Shown one piece after another: positions 56,301-64,000 of a stretch of 64,000 nucleotides of DNA. The stretch is from a virus (taxonomy: Duplodnaviria > Caudoviricetes). A program made the position numbers and the translations under genes. The notes under the pieces are model-generated. The model was not told the DNA's origin. It saw nothing but the letters and a program-made list of their open reading frames with translations, and did no database searches. Location of the stretch: the IMG/VR virus record IMGVR_UViG_3300008259_002957; one strand, 5' to 3'. The stretch's first letter is position 1, and each line of letters begins with the position of its first letter.

Positions 56301-58174
56301 GCAGTTACAGCATTAAAGTTTGTTCCTAGTGCAACGTCATAAGTTACTGCGGCAGTGATTAGTCTAACATCTCTTTCACACTTATCTTGATTGTAAGACA
56401 GATCTGTAAATTGTTCTGCAATGTACTTTGTTAATTCTTCAATAATAAAGTCTCTGTTTGCAACAATATTATCTTTTGCTGCAATAACACCCGAATCAAT
56501 AGTTACTAAATCATTGTACACAATATCAGGTGCGCTGGTACTATCACCTTGTTGTATTATATTAGTAATAATTGCAAAGCGTTCGATAATTTCGTAACGA
56601 GCAGTTTCGTTTGAAGGATCGCTATCAGGAATTCTTTCAAGCATTGCATCTCTAGCGGCTTCAATACCGTAGATTGTTGGTTCTAGTTGCTCTAGTAAAA
56701 CTTTTTGCGATGTTGATCTTAGATAACTTCTACCAGCAGCAATTGCTTGATAGTTTGTACCCATTACCATATCGCCAACCACTGCATCAACTATTCTTCT
56801 TACATCTCTGCGACATACAGATTCGTCGTAGATAAACGGTTGAACACTTGTAATAGTTTCGGTAATATAATATTTTGTATCATCACCTTCGAATTGTATA
56901 ACACTACCAACCTGAGGAACATCTCGTAAACTGTTTACTGTTATACTTCTATTTGTAGATAAGTTAACAGTTGCTTCTGCTAGAACAGTAAAGCCGCCGC
57001 CAACAAACGCAATGTTTGGAACACTAGTATATCCGCTACCAGCATTTTGTACAGAAACTGATGTAACTTTTCCGGTTGCAAGATCAATACTTGCTGTAGC
57101 AGTTGCTTGAACACCACCTGGTGTTTCAGGAAGATCAATTATCACTGTTGGAGCATTTACATATGATGCTCCTTGATTTGTAACTGTAACGCTAGCAACT
57201 GTTGAGAAATAATCTTGTACTGGTCTAGCAGTAGTATAGACTTCTTCAAATAATCCGTCAGCAATAAGTCCAAATGTACCAAAGTCGCTAACTGAGTTTG
57301 AAATTGATAGATAGCCACCGTTGGTGGTTAAGAACCCCGTACGACAAAAAACTGTAAAGCAACTAACAATCTGTGTATAACCAAAGTTGGTAATATGAAA
57401 ACCAATACCGCCTTGTGCAATTTGTGTAAACGCATCACATACCATTGAGAACACCAGTGATCGTTGATCGTATTCATTACCGTCAACAAGCATACCATTG
57501 CCGCCACCGGTTTCGTTTACACGCTTTCCTAGCGGAACATCCGGATTATTGATAATTGGTCTTGCACCCGGAGTAACGCCTTCGATCTGAACAGTTTCAA
57601 AAGGAACAAACTCAGTACCGTCGTTTAGCCAAGGTCCGTTAAGGTTAGAACAGTTTTGCACATATGGCGAAGTAGTAACTAATGCTCCAGGCTTAATTCT
57701 TACACACCAACCCGGATCTCTCAATCCTCTGAATGTAACTTGAAAAATATAGCAAGCATTATCTACAAAGAAGATGTCATCTTGATTGTTAAGTGGCCAA
57801 ATTTGTGTATTACGTAAACTATCGCCTCTAACAGTTTGACGCTCTTTTAATGTTATAGGATTGTTTTCATAGTAATCGCCAGGTGCTAGTTGAATTGTAG
57901 CACCCACCGGTGCTGCTTCGACAGCAGATTTAATAGTTCTTTTTGCTCTATCAGAACTTGACCCAAGTCCGTCGTTTGCATCATTGCCTTCTAGCGATAC
58001 ATAATATGTTAAACTGTTTGCAGGACCAGTTGCATTTCCTGTTACACGCAGGTCACCGTTAATTAAAACAGTTCCGTTTGTTGGAGTAATTTCAATAGAG
58101 CCGTCGCCTTTGATAATCAGCGAACGATCTTTGACTTTTCTTTCGTGTAAGTTTTGTTCTTTAATATATTTCAT
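53378..58174 (-). CDS. giant virion protein: beta-helix scaffold with six phycobiliprotein-like helical domains
   Basis: [13 protein letters not shown]...[16 protein letters not shown]; six C-x-R-D repeats; shares the GHxxEYxGxG.YNALP motif with the neighbouring fibre. Confidence 0.85.
   Translation of the reverse strand: [1598 protein letters not shown]
54130..56835 (-). repeat. six tandem 140-160-aa repeats, consensus Y...KC.RD.G.I.DA...D...G(G/T)N; boundaries approximate
   Basis: Cys codons at 56815, 56380, 55951, 55468, 55048 and 54571 (aa 454, 599, 742, 903, 1043, 1202). Confidence 0.9.
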
Positions 58175-58503
58175 TATACTTCCAGGTAGCTAATTGTTGC
58201 ACTTAATTTGTCTGAGTCAGGGCTGATTAAGAGAACTCTGTCTCCGCCTTCTAGAATTAGTCTTTCAACACTAAATGTAAATGTTTCCTGTGCAGGCATT
58301 GATACATTGTTAAGAATTTTATTAGCATTGCTTTTAGTGCCGCTGCCAAGTATAACATGCATGTCAAACGAACTATCGTAGATAGAGTTTGTACTGGTTG
58401 AGTAGTTGCATACTAACAAAGTAGTTATAGCATATTTTTCGCCTGCTGGTACAGTTAGTATTATTGTATCTGTTTCTTGAATTAATGCACTTGTAATTGC
58501 CAT
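58174..58503 (-). CDS. small beta-rich virion protein
   Basis: 109 aa, AAGGA RBS, coupled to the next gene. Confidence 0.75.
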   Translation of the reverse strand: MAITSALIQETDTIILTVPAGEKYAITTLLVCNYSTSTNSIYDSSFDMHVILGSGTKSNANKILNNVSMPAQETFTFSVERLILEGGDRVLLISPDSDKLSATISYLEV

Positions 58504-58515
58504 CTTGTTATTTCC

Positions 58516-59568
58516 TTAAAATATAATACTATACAATAATGCTTTGTTTCTGCTTATGATTTCATCTCTAGTAGAATTTTCATTTACAAAATATAAGCCT
58601 GTTCCGCCATCTGCTTCAACTTTAGAATAAAGTTTAACACCGTCTGCAGGAGCAATTGGATCGGAACTTTTTGTAAAAAGCAATGTCTCAGGAATTTGCA
58701 CTGATCCTGTTCCATTACCAGACAATACTAGATCTTCGTTTGTTGATAGTACCGAAATTGTGTTGTCAGAAACTACAACATCTTCGATGTTTGTTTGATC
58801 TTCAAAAACTTCAACAACTGTGATATTGTTAATCTTAATAGCAGTCTTGCTAACTGGATCGCCGGCACTGGTATCAAACACTTCAACTTCTGTATCACCT
58901 TCGGATATTTTTTGTTGAAAGTTATAAAGATGATAAGTTCTTACATAGTCAACTAAAAGTTTTACGTTAGGAAGTGCATCATCATCAGAGGGTGTTGCTA
59001 ACTTATCAGGATTCGATCCATTAAATGTAATGTTGCTTCCTGTATAAGCATAAATGTTCTTTTCGTATTCATTGGTTCCAGTTACAGTAACAACGGCATT
59101 ATTTGTTCCGCCAACAGTTGGACCATATCCTAATAATATAAGATCATTGTTACCAGTTGTACCGACATAGTTTGTGTACAACCCAACTAGTGCATTTGTA
59201 TCTTTTTGTAAAACAAATGCACCGTCGGTATGTGTACCGGTTTGAGAATCTAAAAATCCTTTGGTTTCCTGAAAGAAGAATTCTCCATTGGGTAAAGTTC
59301 CTCTATCAAAAATTATACCGGCTTCTTTATCACTCGGAGTTACAGAGGCGGCGCCTATGCCGCCTCCGGTTTCGCCGTTGTTTACAGTGATGGTTTTGTC
59401 TGTTATTAATAAATCTTGAACTTCAAATGATGAAGTTTCGCCGCTTACATTTAGATTACCATTAATTAATACCGTACCGCTGCCGACGTCAAACTCAATT
59501 ACGCCGCCGCTGTTGATTGAATTTCTTAATAGATCTACACCGTAGTTATTAACTTTAGACTTGGCCAT
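58516..59568 (-). CDS. virion structural protein (fibre/baseplate-associated type)
   Basis: GNLNVSG...DKTITVN...AGIIFDRG pattern typical of phage fibre-like proteins; AGGAG RBS. Confidence 0.7.
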   Translation of the reverse strand: MAKSKVNNYGVDLLRNSINSGGVIEFDVGSGTVLINGNLNVSGETSSFEVQDLLITDKTITVNNGETGGGIGAASVTPSDKEAGIIFDRGTLPNGEFFFQETKGFLDSQTGTHTDGAFVLQKDTNALVGLYTNYVGTTGNNDLILLGYGPTVGGTNNAVVTVTGTNEYEKNIYAYTGSNITFNGSNPDKLATPSDDDALPNVKLLVDYVRTYHLYNFQQKISEGDTEVEVFDTSAGDPVSKTAIKINNITVVEVFEDQTNIEDVVVSDNTISVLSTNEDLVLSGNGTGSVQIPETLLFTKSSDPIAPADGVKLYSKVEADGGTGLYFVNENSTRDEIISRNKALLYSIIF

Positions 59569-59580
59569 CTTAAACTCCTA

Positions 59581-60054
59581 TTAGATAGCAGTCAACATGA
59601 TGATATTTGCAGTTGAATCGTTATCTACATACCATGAGTAAGCATTTCCACTAAAGTCGTATGCTCTTCTTTTAGTAATTCTTTGTAAATAAATTGGTGA
59701 ACCGTCGGCAGTAATAAAGCCTTGTAGTACCATTTCGCCTTCTGCTAATACCGAACTGTCGTCGTCGTTGACTAATTTACAAATGCCGTCGCCGTTGTCA
59801 GTTCTTACTTTAAATTTTCTAGAACCTTTTTGTGATAGAATGTACGGACCAGATCCTGTTCCCATACTGTCCATAGGTTGACCAGTAATACGTGCTTTGT
59901 AAACTGGAATGTTATAACCTTTGTTCCAGTTTTGTGCTTGTGATGTTAGTGTACGGCCCTGTGGGTCAGCACCATCTGCTGACCATGTATCTCCCGATGC
60001 TGGTGTTGTTGCATCTGTAGGACCGAATAATTTTCTTGGTAGTGGACGTCCCAT
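59581..60054 (-). CDS. hypothetical late protein (MGRPL...)
   Basis: 157 aa, AAGGAG RBS, late motif at 60136-60142. Confidence 0.75.
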   Translation of the reverse strand: MGRPLPRKLFGPTDATTPASGDTWSADGADPQGRTLTSQAQNWNKGYNIPVYKARITGQPMDSMGTGSGPYILSQKGSRKFKVRTDNGDGICKLVNDDDSSVLAEGEMVLQGFITADGSPIYLQRITKRRAYDFSGNAYSWYVDNDSTANIIMLTAI

Positions 60055-60172
60055 TGTTTTCTCCTTAATTGACGTTCTAGGTCTACGCGGCGGGTTTCCG
60101 CATAAAGTATGCTGTAAGGCACACTCTTGACATAGTATTTATCAAATAAGAAGAAATGGGTTATATACCCAT

Positions 60173-60196
60173 AAAAAAATCCGCACCAGGCGGATT
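60173..60196 (-). terminator. intrinsic terminator
   Basis: Minus strand AATCCGC-CTGGT-GCGGATT followed by TTTTT. Confidence 0.75.
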
Positions 60197-60467
60197 ATTT
60201 TGATAGTGTTGCTAAAAACTCTAATTTTGATATTTTTTTAAACATCTGCTCGGCCTCTTGCTTTATTTGTTCTGCTCGTGCAAGACTGCCAACAGATCGT
60301 TTTTGAAAATGTTGTTGCATATTCTTTTGATACTGAATATGCATAGTTTCAAAAGTTTTTTGAACTTTGTAAATTTGCGGAGCGTAACTACGATGTTTAC
60401 GACGCCATTGTTTTAGAGTATCAATGATATCATTCCAAAACGTATCTTGTTCCACGGTAGCCCTCAC
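60195..60467 (-). CDS. hypothetical protein (early-type promoter)
   Basis: 90 aa; preceded by TTGACA-N17-TATAAA. Confidence 0.7.
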   Translation of the reverse strand: MRATVEQDTFWNDIIDTLKQWRRKHRSYAPQIYKVQKTFETMHIQYQKNMQQHFQKRSVGSLARAEQIKQEAEQMFKKISKLEFLATLSK

Positions 60468-60490
60468 TCTACTGTTTGGTGCAGATACTG

Positions 60491-60519
60491 TTTATAATAC
60501 TCTTTTTTGTCTTTGTCAA
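60491..60519 (-). promoter_or_regulatory. sigma70-like promoter
   Basis: TTGACA (60519-60514), N17, TATAAA (60496-60491). Confidence 0.65.
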
Positions 60520-60526
60520 GTAATTT

Positions 60527-60715
60527 TTAAATTTTTTCTATATTGTATGCGTATTTTCTATTATTTTTTTCATACTGTTCGTAGGTTACACGATCAGATA
60601 AAAGAAAATCGTATTCTCGTTTATCAAAAAGTATGTCGCCTGCAAAACTTCCATATCGATCCGGTTTAATATACCCATGAGTTTTAGAAAATTTATAAAT
60701 TGTACCAGTGAACAT
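60527..60715 (-). CDS. cold-shock-domain-like (OB fold) small protein
   Basis: TGTIYKFSKTHGYIKPD...DILF...RVTYE...A.NI matches CspA spacing; AAGGAG RBS. Confidence 0.6.
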   Translation of the reverse strand: MFTGTIYKFSKTHGYIKPDRYGSFAGDILFDKREYDFLLSDRVTYEQYEKNNRKYAYNIEKI

Positions 60716-60741
60716 ACTTTTCTCCTTTAGAATATTTATCC

Positions 60742-60772
60742 AAAAAAATAGGCCCCGTAGGGCCTATTTTTT
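60742..60772. terminator. intrinsic terminator after major capsid gene
   Basis: AAAAAAATAGGCCC-CGTA-GGGCCTATTTTTT. Confidence 0.85.
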
Positions 60773-60787
60773 CTATTTCTTCAACTA

Positions 60788-61966
60788 TTAGCTGAATGAT
60801 AGGTTAGCAGTTGTTACACCAACAACACCTAGGTAGTCCGCTGCGTTACCAAGAGATGACGCTGCGTTAGTTAGTTCTACATAACCGTAACGAGTCATGA
60901 AGCTAACTACTGGTTCGAATGTTGACGGATCAAGAACAACACCACTGCTCATCAACGGAATGTATGGGCAATAGAAAGCGGCTGCGTCTGATTCTGAAGA
61001 ACCTTTGTAACCGATTAGAACGTTGTCGCTTGAAGCATATGTGTTAACATAAACCTTCATTGCGTTGTTTAGTGTACCAACTAGTTTAGTGTTAGTTGGG
61101 GCTTCGAAAGTACCTTCGGTAGTACGAGCGAAAGCACTAGTAGTTGCACTCTGTAGAAGAGTTAGAACAGTTGGTGAAACAACTGCCCAGTTACCAGCAC
61201 CACGACGTGTACGCTGAGCGATCAAGTTTGAAACACGGTTGATTTGAACTGCTAGAGCAGCATGTTCGTCACCAACGAATGTAGCAGTACCGCTAACAGC
61301 AGCCTGGTCGTATGTTTCAACGGCACTACCTGCAAGGGTAGTCAAGCTACGGATAACTTCTTGGTCGATTTCAGCAGTAATTTCTTGAGCAAGAGCAGCC
61401 ATGATTTCGGCTTCAACGTCGATGCCGTGCATTGCTTGTGCATCTTGTGCAGCCTCAAATGTCCAGCGAGCGCTTAGCTTTCTTGACTTTGCTTCTACAG
61501 TTTGCTTCAAGATTTGGATACTTAGTCTGTTTCCAGCAGTACCTTCAAGAACAGCAGTGTTAGCAGCTCTATCAGCACCGGAAACGTTACCTGAGTAACC
61601 TTCTGCGATCTTGAATGGGCTTAGTGCTTCTTCACCAGCAGTTACGTTACCACCTGCGCTACCAGTGAACGAATCACTGTAACGTACTCTTAGAGTGTGG
61701 ATTTGACCAACTGGACCAGTCATTGGCTGAACGCCGACCAGTTCGTTAGCGATAACAGTTGGCATAACACGACGGATAACCGGTAGAATGACTCTGTTTA
61801 GTGTTGCGATATTACCAGCAGAAGTAGCACCAGCAGTTGCACTTTCTGAGAGATACTTACGAGTATTCTCCAGAGTAGTAGCCATAACTGCTTTTTTGTT
61901 GCCTTGTAGGCCTTCAAGAAGGGCTGTTTTTGTCTCCTGCCAGCGACTTTCTAGTAGTTCTGACAT
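60788..61966 (-). CDS. gp23: major capsid protein (T4 gp23-like)
   Basis: VRRVMP-like IRRVMPTVIA, GVQPMTGPVG, VEAKSRKLSARWTFEAAQD, EITAEIDQE, FYCPYIPL, MTRYG. Confidence 0.97.
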   Translation of the reverse strand: MSELLESRWQETKTALLEGLQGNKKAVMATTLENTRKYLSESATAGATSAGNIATLNRVILPVIRRVMPTVIANELVGVQPMTGPVGQIHTLRVRYSDSFTGSAGGNVTAGEEALSPFKIAEGYSGNVSGADRAANTAVLEGTAGNRLSIQILKQTVEAKSRKLSARWTFEAAQDAQAMHGIDVEAEIMAALAQEITAEIDQEVIRSLTTLAGSAVETYDQAAVSGTATFVGDEHAALAVQINRVSNLIAQRTRRGAGNWAVVSPTVLTLLQSATTSAFARTTEGTFEAPTNTKLVGTLNNAMKVYVNTYASSDNVLIGYKGSSESDAAAFYCPYIPLMSSGVVLDPSTFEPVVSFMTRYGYVELTNAASSLGNAADYLGVVGVTTANLSFS

Positions 61967-61976
61967 AATTTTCTCC

Positions 61977-63065
61977 TTATTTCAATCCTGCTAAACGCTT
62001 AATGTCGAAGACATTACTGTCGCTAGCTTGTTTAATCGAACTATTTTCTCTATTGCCTGTGATTTCTTTGCCTTCTGATAATACTGCCTTCTGCTTTGCT
62101 GGAGACTTACCGTCAATAACTGCCGGTATATACTTTTCAAACGCAGAACGTAGTCTACTTGTTTGAACACTTTCCAGTAAATCTGTCATAATTGCACGTT
62201 GATCTTTGCTCAATGGAGCAACTAACTCGTTCATTACTTTTTCTCTTTCGCGTGACTCTGCAAGACGCTTTACTTCAGCACCTTTTGATTCAGCAATTTG
62301 TACTGCCTTGGCAGTAAGTTTTTTTGCTTCAGCAAGTTGCTTGTCTTTTGCTTCGAGAACTTTTAATAGCTTTTTAGATTCTGATTTTTCATTTAGGTGT
62401 GAATTCAAGTATTCAGAACTAAATGCTTCAAAAACCTTACGACCAAAGTCGTTCTTACGAGCTACTTCAATATCTTCCTTCAACTGATGAATTTCAGACT
62501 TGAGTCCTTTTTCAACAGTTTCAGCAACTAGTTTTGTGGTTCTTTCGATAAAGGTTTGTTTAACTTTAGCGAAGTGTGCTTTAGCCTCACGTACAAGACG
62601 TACTTTTGTTTCGGCTAAATCTTTTTTATCTTCTTGGAATTCTGCAAGTTCTTTTGCAAGTTGTTCAACAATAAATTCTTCGAGTACAGCAAATTTCTTT
62701 GCCATTTCTTTTTGATCTTCGTGTAACTCAGAAACTTCCTTAGCTAGAGATTCTGCTACAAACTTCTTTACTAGTTTTGTATTTTCTCTCATTGCTACAG
62801 CATAACGTGCTTTGGCTTCTGCTAGTTGCTTGCGATCTTCGTGGAACTCTGTCATCTCTTCAGACAACTTCTCTCCAATCAATGCGTCAATAGCCTCAAC
62901 CATAACACTCTTGTCGTGCTCGTATTTCTGTGCAAATTCTTCACGAAGTTCTGCGGTAACAGCAATTCGATTTTCGCGAATCTTTGTGTCCCAAGCCTCT
63001 TGAATTTCTGTTTTCATTTGCTCAGTAATTGCATCACTCTCTAAAAGGGCTCTTAATGTATCCAT
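61977..63065 (-). CDS. gp22: prohead core scaffolding protein (gp22-like)
   Basis: Coiled-coil 362-aa protein between the protease and capsid genes; FEAF motif. Confidence 0.8.
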   Translation of the reverse strand: MDTLRALLESDAITEQMKTEIQEAWDTKIRENRIAVTAELREEFAQKYEHDKSVMVEAIDALIGEKLSEEMTEFHEDRKQLAEAKARYAVAMRENTKLVKKFVAESLAKEVSELHEDQKEMAKKFAVLEEFIVEQLAKELAEFQEDKKDLAETKVRLVREAKAHFAKVKQTFIERTTKLVAETVEKGLKSEIHQLKEDIEVARKNDFGRKVFEAFSSEYLNSHLNEKSESKKLLKVLEAKDKQLAEAKKLTAKAVQIAESKGAEVKRLAESREREKVMNELVAPLSKDQRAIMTDLLESVQTSRLRSAFEKYIPAVIDGKSPAKQKAVLSEGKEITGNRENSSIKQASDSNVFDIKRLAGLK

Positions 63066-63076
63066 AATATTCTCCT

Positions 63077-63703
63077 TTATTGGAGCCTGCTTATTATATT
63101 TAATAAGCTCTCTGCAATGTATTTTTGTGCCTTTTTGTCGCCTTGAACTTCCTTACTAGTAAGGATTGCCTTGTATCCACCTCTTGTATTCATTAGGTGT
63201 TCGTAAATTGGTGTTGGATAAGCGCCTGGCGCACTAGGCTGTGCTACTACGTCAACAGTGATTATCTCAAATTCTGATACAGTATTGCTTTCATCTTCGG
63301 AAACATTACCGCTACCTCGCGATGAGACACCTAGTTTCACGCCGCTTTCCAGCATTGTTCTAACTAGTTGTCCCATCGGAGTTGGTAGTATTTTCAACTT
63401 TCCATAACCGTTTGGTCCATCCATCCACATTTCTGTAATCATATGGCTTACACGGTCGAGGTTGATGTTAAGTCCCTCCGGATGATCTACTTCTCCAAGA
63501 ACTGAATAACCACCAGCAATCTGATCGTTGAGAGTGTTGACAGCCCTGCCGATTTCGTTAACGGGATAGACACGCTGATTTGCGTTTCTTACTCCACCTT
63601 GAATGCAAATACCTTTCATGTAAAGATTTTTGCCTTCTTCAGCAGACTCCACGATCATCCTGGCTTGGTCGAAACTCAAACTCTCTCTTAAGTAGTTCAT
63701 CAT
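63077..63703 (-). CDS. gp21: prohead protease (gp21, peptidase S77/U9)
   Basis: NANQRVYP, GEVDHP, DRVSH, LGVSSRGSG, DVVAQPSAPGA. Confidence 0.93.
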   Translation of the reverse strand: MMNYLRESLSFDQARMIVESAEEGKNLYMKGICIQGGVRNANQRVYPVNEIGRAVNTLNDQIAGGYSVLGEVDHPEGLNINLDRVSHMITEMWMDGPNGYGKLKILPTPMGQLVRTMLESGVKLGVSSRGSGNVSEDESNTVSEFEIITVDVVAQPSAPGAYPTPIYEHLMNTRGGYKAILTSKEVQGDKKAQKYIAESLLNIISRLQ

Positions 63704-63722
63704 AGGTCCTTACTTTTTTGCC

Positions 63723-64000
63723 TTACTTGTTACGCACTACACCTTTGATGGTGCTTCCTGCGCCCTTGTCGGCAGTTTCTGGCTTACCTTTTTTTTCGGC
63801 GCCGTGACCTGGCTCTGACTTCTTGAAAGAAGTTTTACCAGCTTTACCGCCAGGAACATTTATGTTACCAGCGTTATCTTCCTTTGGAGTTCCTTTGAAA
63901 ACACTAGAACCCTTTAGGTGACCTTTGTTTGCTTCTACACCCGCTTCTGTAGTACTTTTAGCAATATTAGCAGTAGTACCGCCCATATCGTTCTTTGATG
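63723..64000 (-). CDS. partial gene (3' end of a probable prohead core protein); begins beyond the window
   Basis: The frame is open to the window edge; low-complexity G/K-rich C-terminus directly upstream of gp21. Confidence 0.6.
   Translation of the reverse strand, partial: SKNDMGGTTANIAKSTTEAGVEANKGHLKGSSVFKGTPKEDNAGNINVPGGKAGKTSFKKSEPGHGAEKKGKPETADKGAGSTIKGVVRNK

Noticed and set aside
53378-58174. Assigning a cyanobacterial host from the phycobiliprotein-like domains
   Set aside because: No psbA/hli/pebS-type genes are in this window, and the Pal/KdsA genes only indicate a Gram-negative host; the host cannot be determined from this sequence.
1-64000. tRNA, rRNA, CRISPR array, integrase, transposase, intron or intein
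   Set aside because: Intergenic gaps are nearly all under 130 nt with no cloverleaf or repeat-spacer pattern. All repeats are intragenic. Terminase, UvsX, UvsW, primase and capsid have ordinary lengths with uninterrupted motifs.

Overview
This is a 64 kb, AT-rich, gene-dense segment of a large lytic myovirus with T4-type architecture. Most genes are on the minus strand. It contains a T4-like head module (gp21 protease, gp22 scaffold, gp23 major capsid, gp17 terminase, gp4), a neck/tail module (gp13/14/15, gp18 sheath, gp19 tube) and two giant paralogous fibre/virion proteins. Replication/recombination genes include a primase, UvsW, UvsX, UvsY, gp32 and a 184-aa DnaE-like mini protein. There is a large cell-surface/glycan accessory set: kdsA, kdsB, a Pal-like protein, a UDP-sugar dehydrogenase, an epimerase, three KpsS/KpsC-like proteins, four GT-A glycosyltransferases, three methyltransferases, a carbamoyltransferase and a YhhQ transporter. 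Most striking observations: (1) a virion protein carries six tandem domains that align by eye with phycobiliprotein (allophycocyanin-type globin) subunits and all keep the bilin-attachment C-x-R-D motif, with a seventh copy in the neighbouring fibre; (2) the phage encodes CMP-Kdo synthesis plus three candidate beta-Kdo transferases; (3) two reading-frame breaks split probable single genes (an A10 run at 17265-17274 and an apparent ~23-nt loss near 46768); (4) T4-like late promoter motifs (NTAAATA) often sit only 4-7 nt before the ATG. No tRNA, rRNA, CRISPR array, integrase or transposase was seen. All family calls come from motif recognition by eye; no database search or folding program was run, so novelty is unverified.
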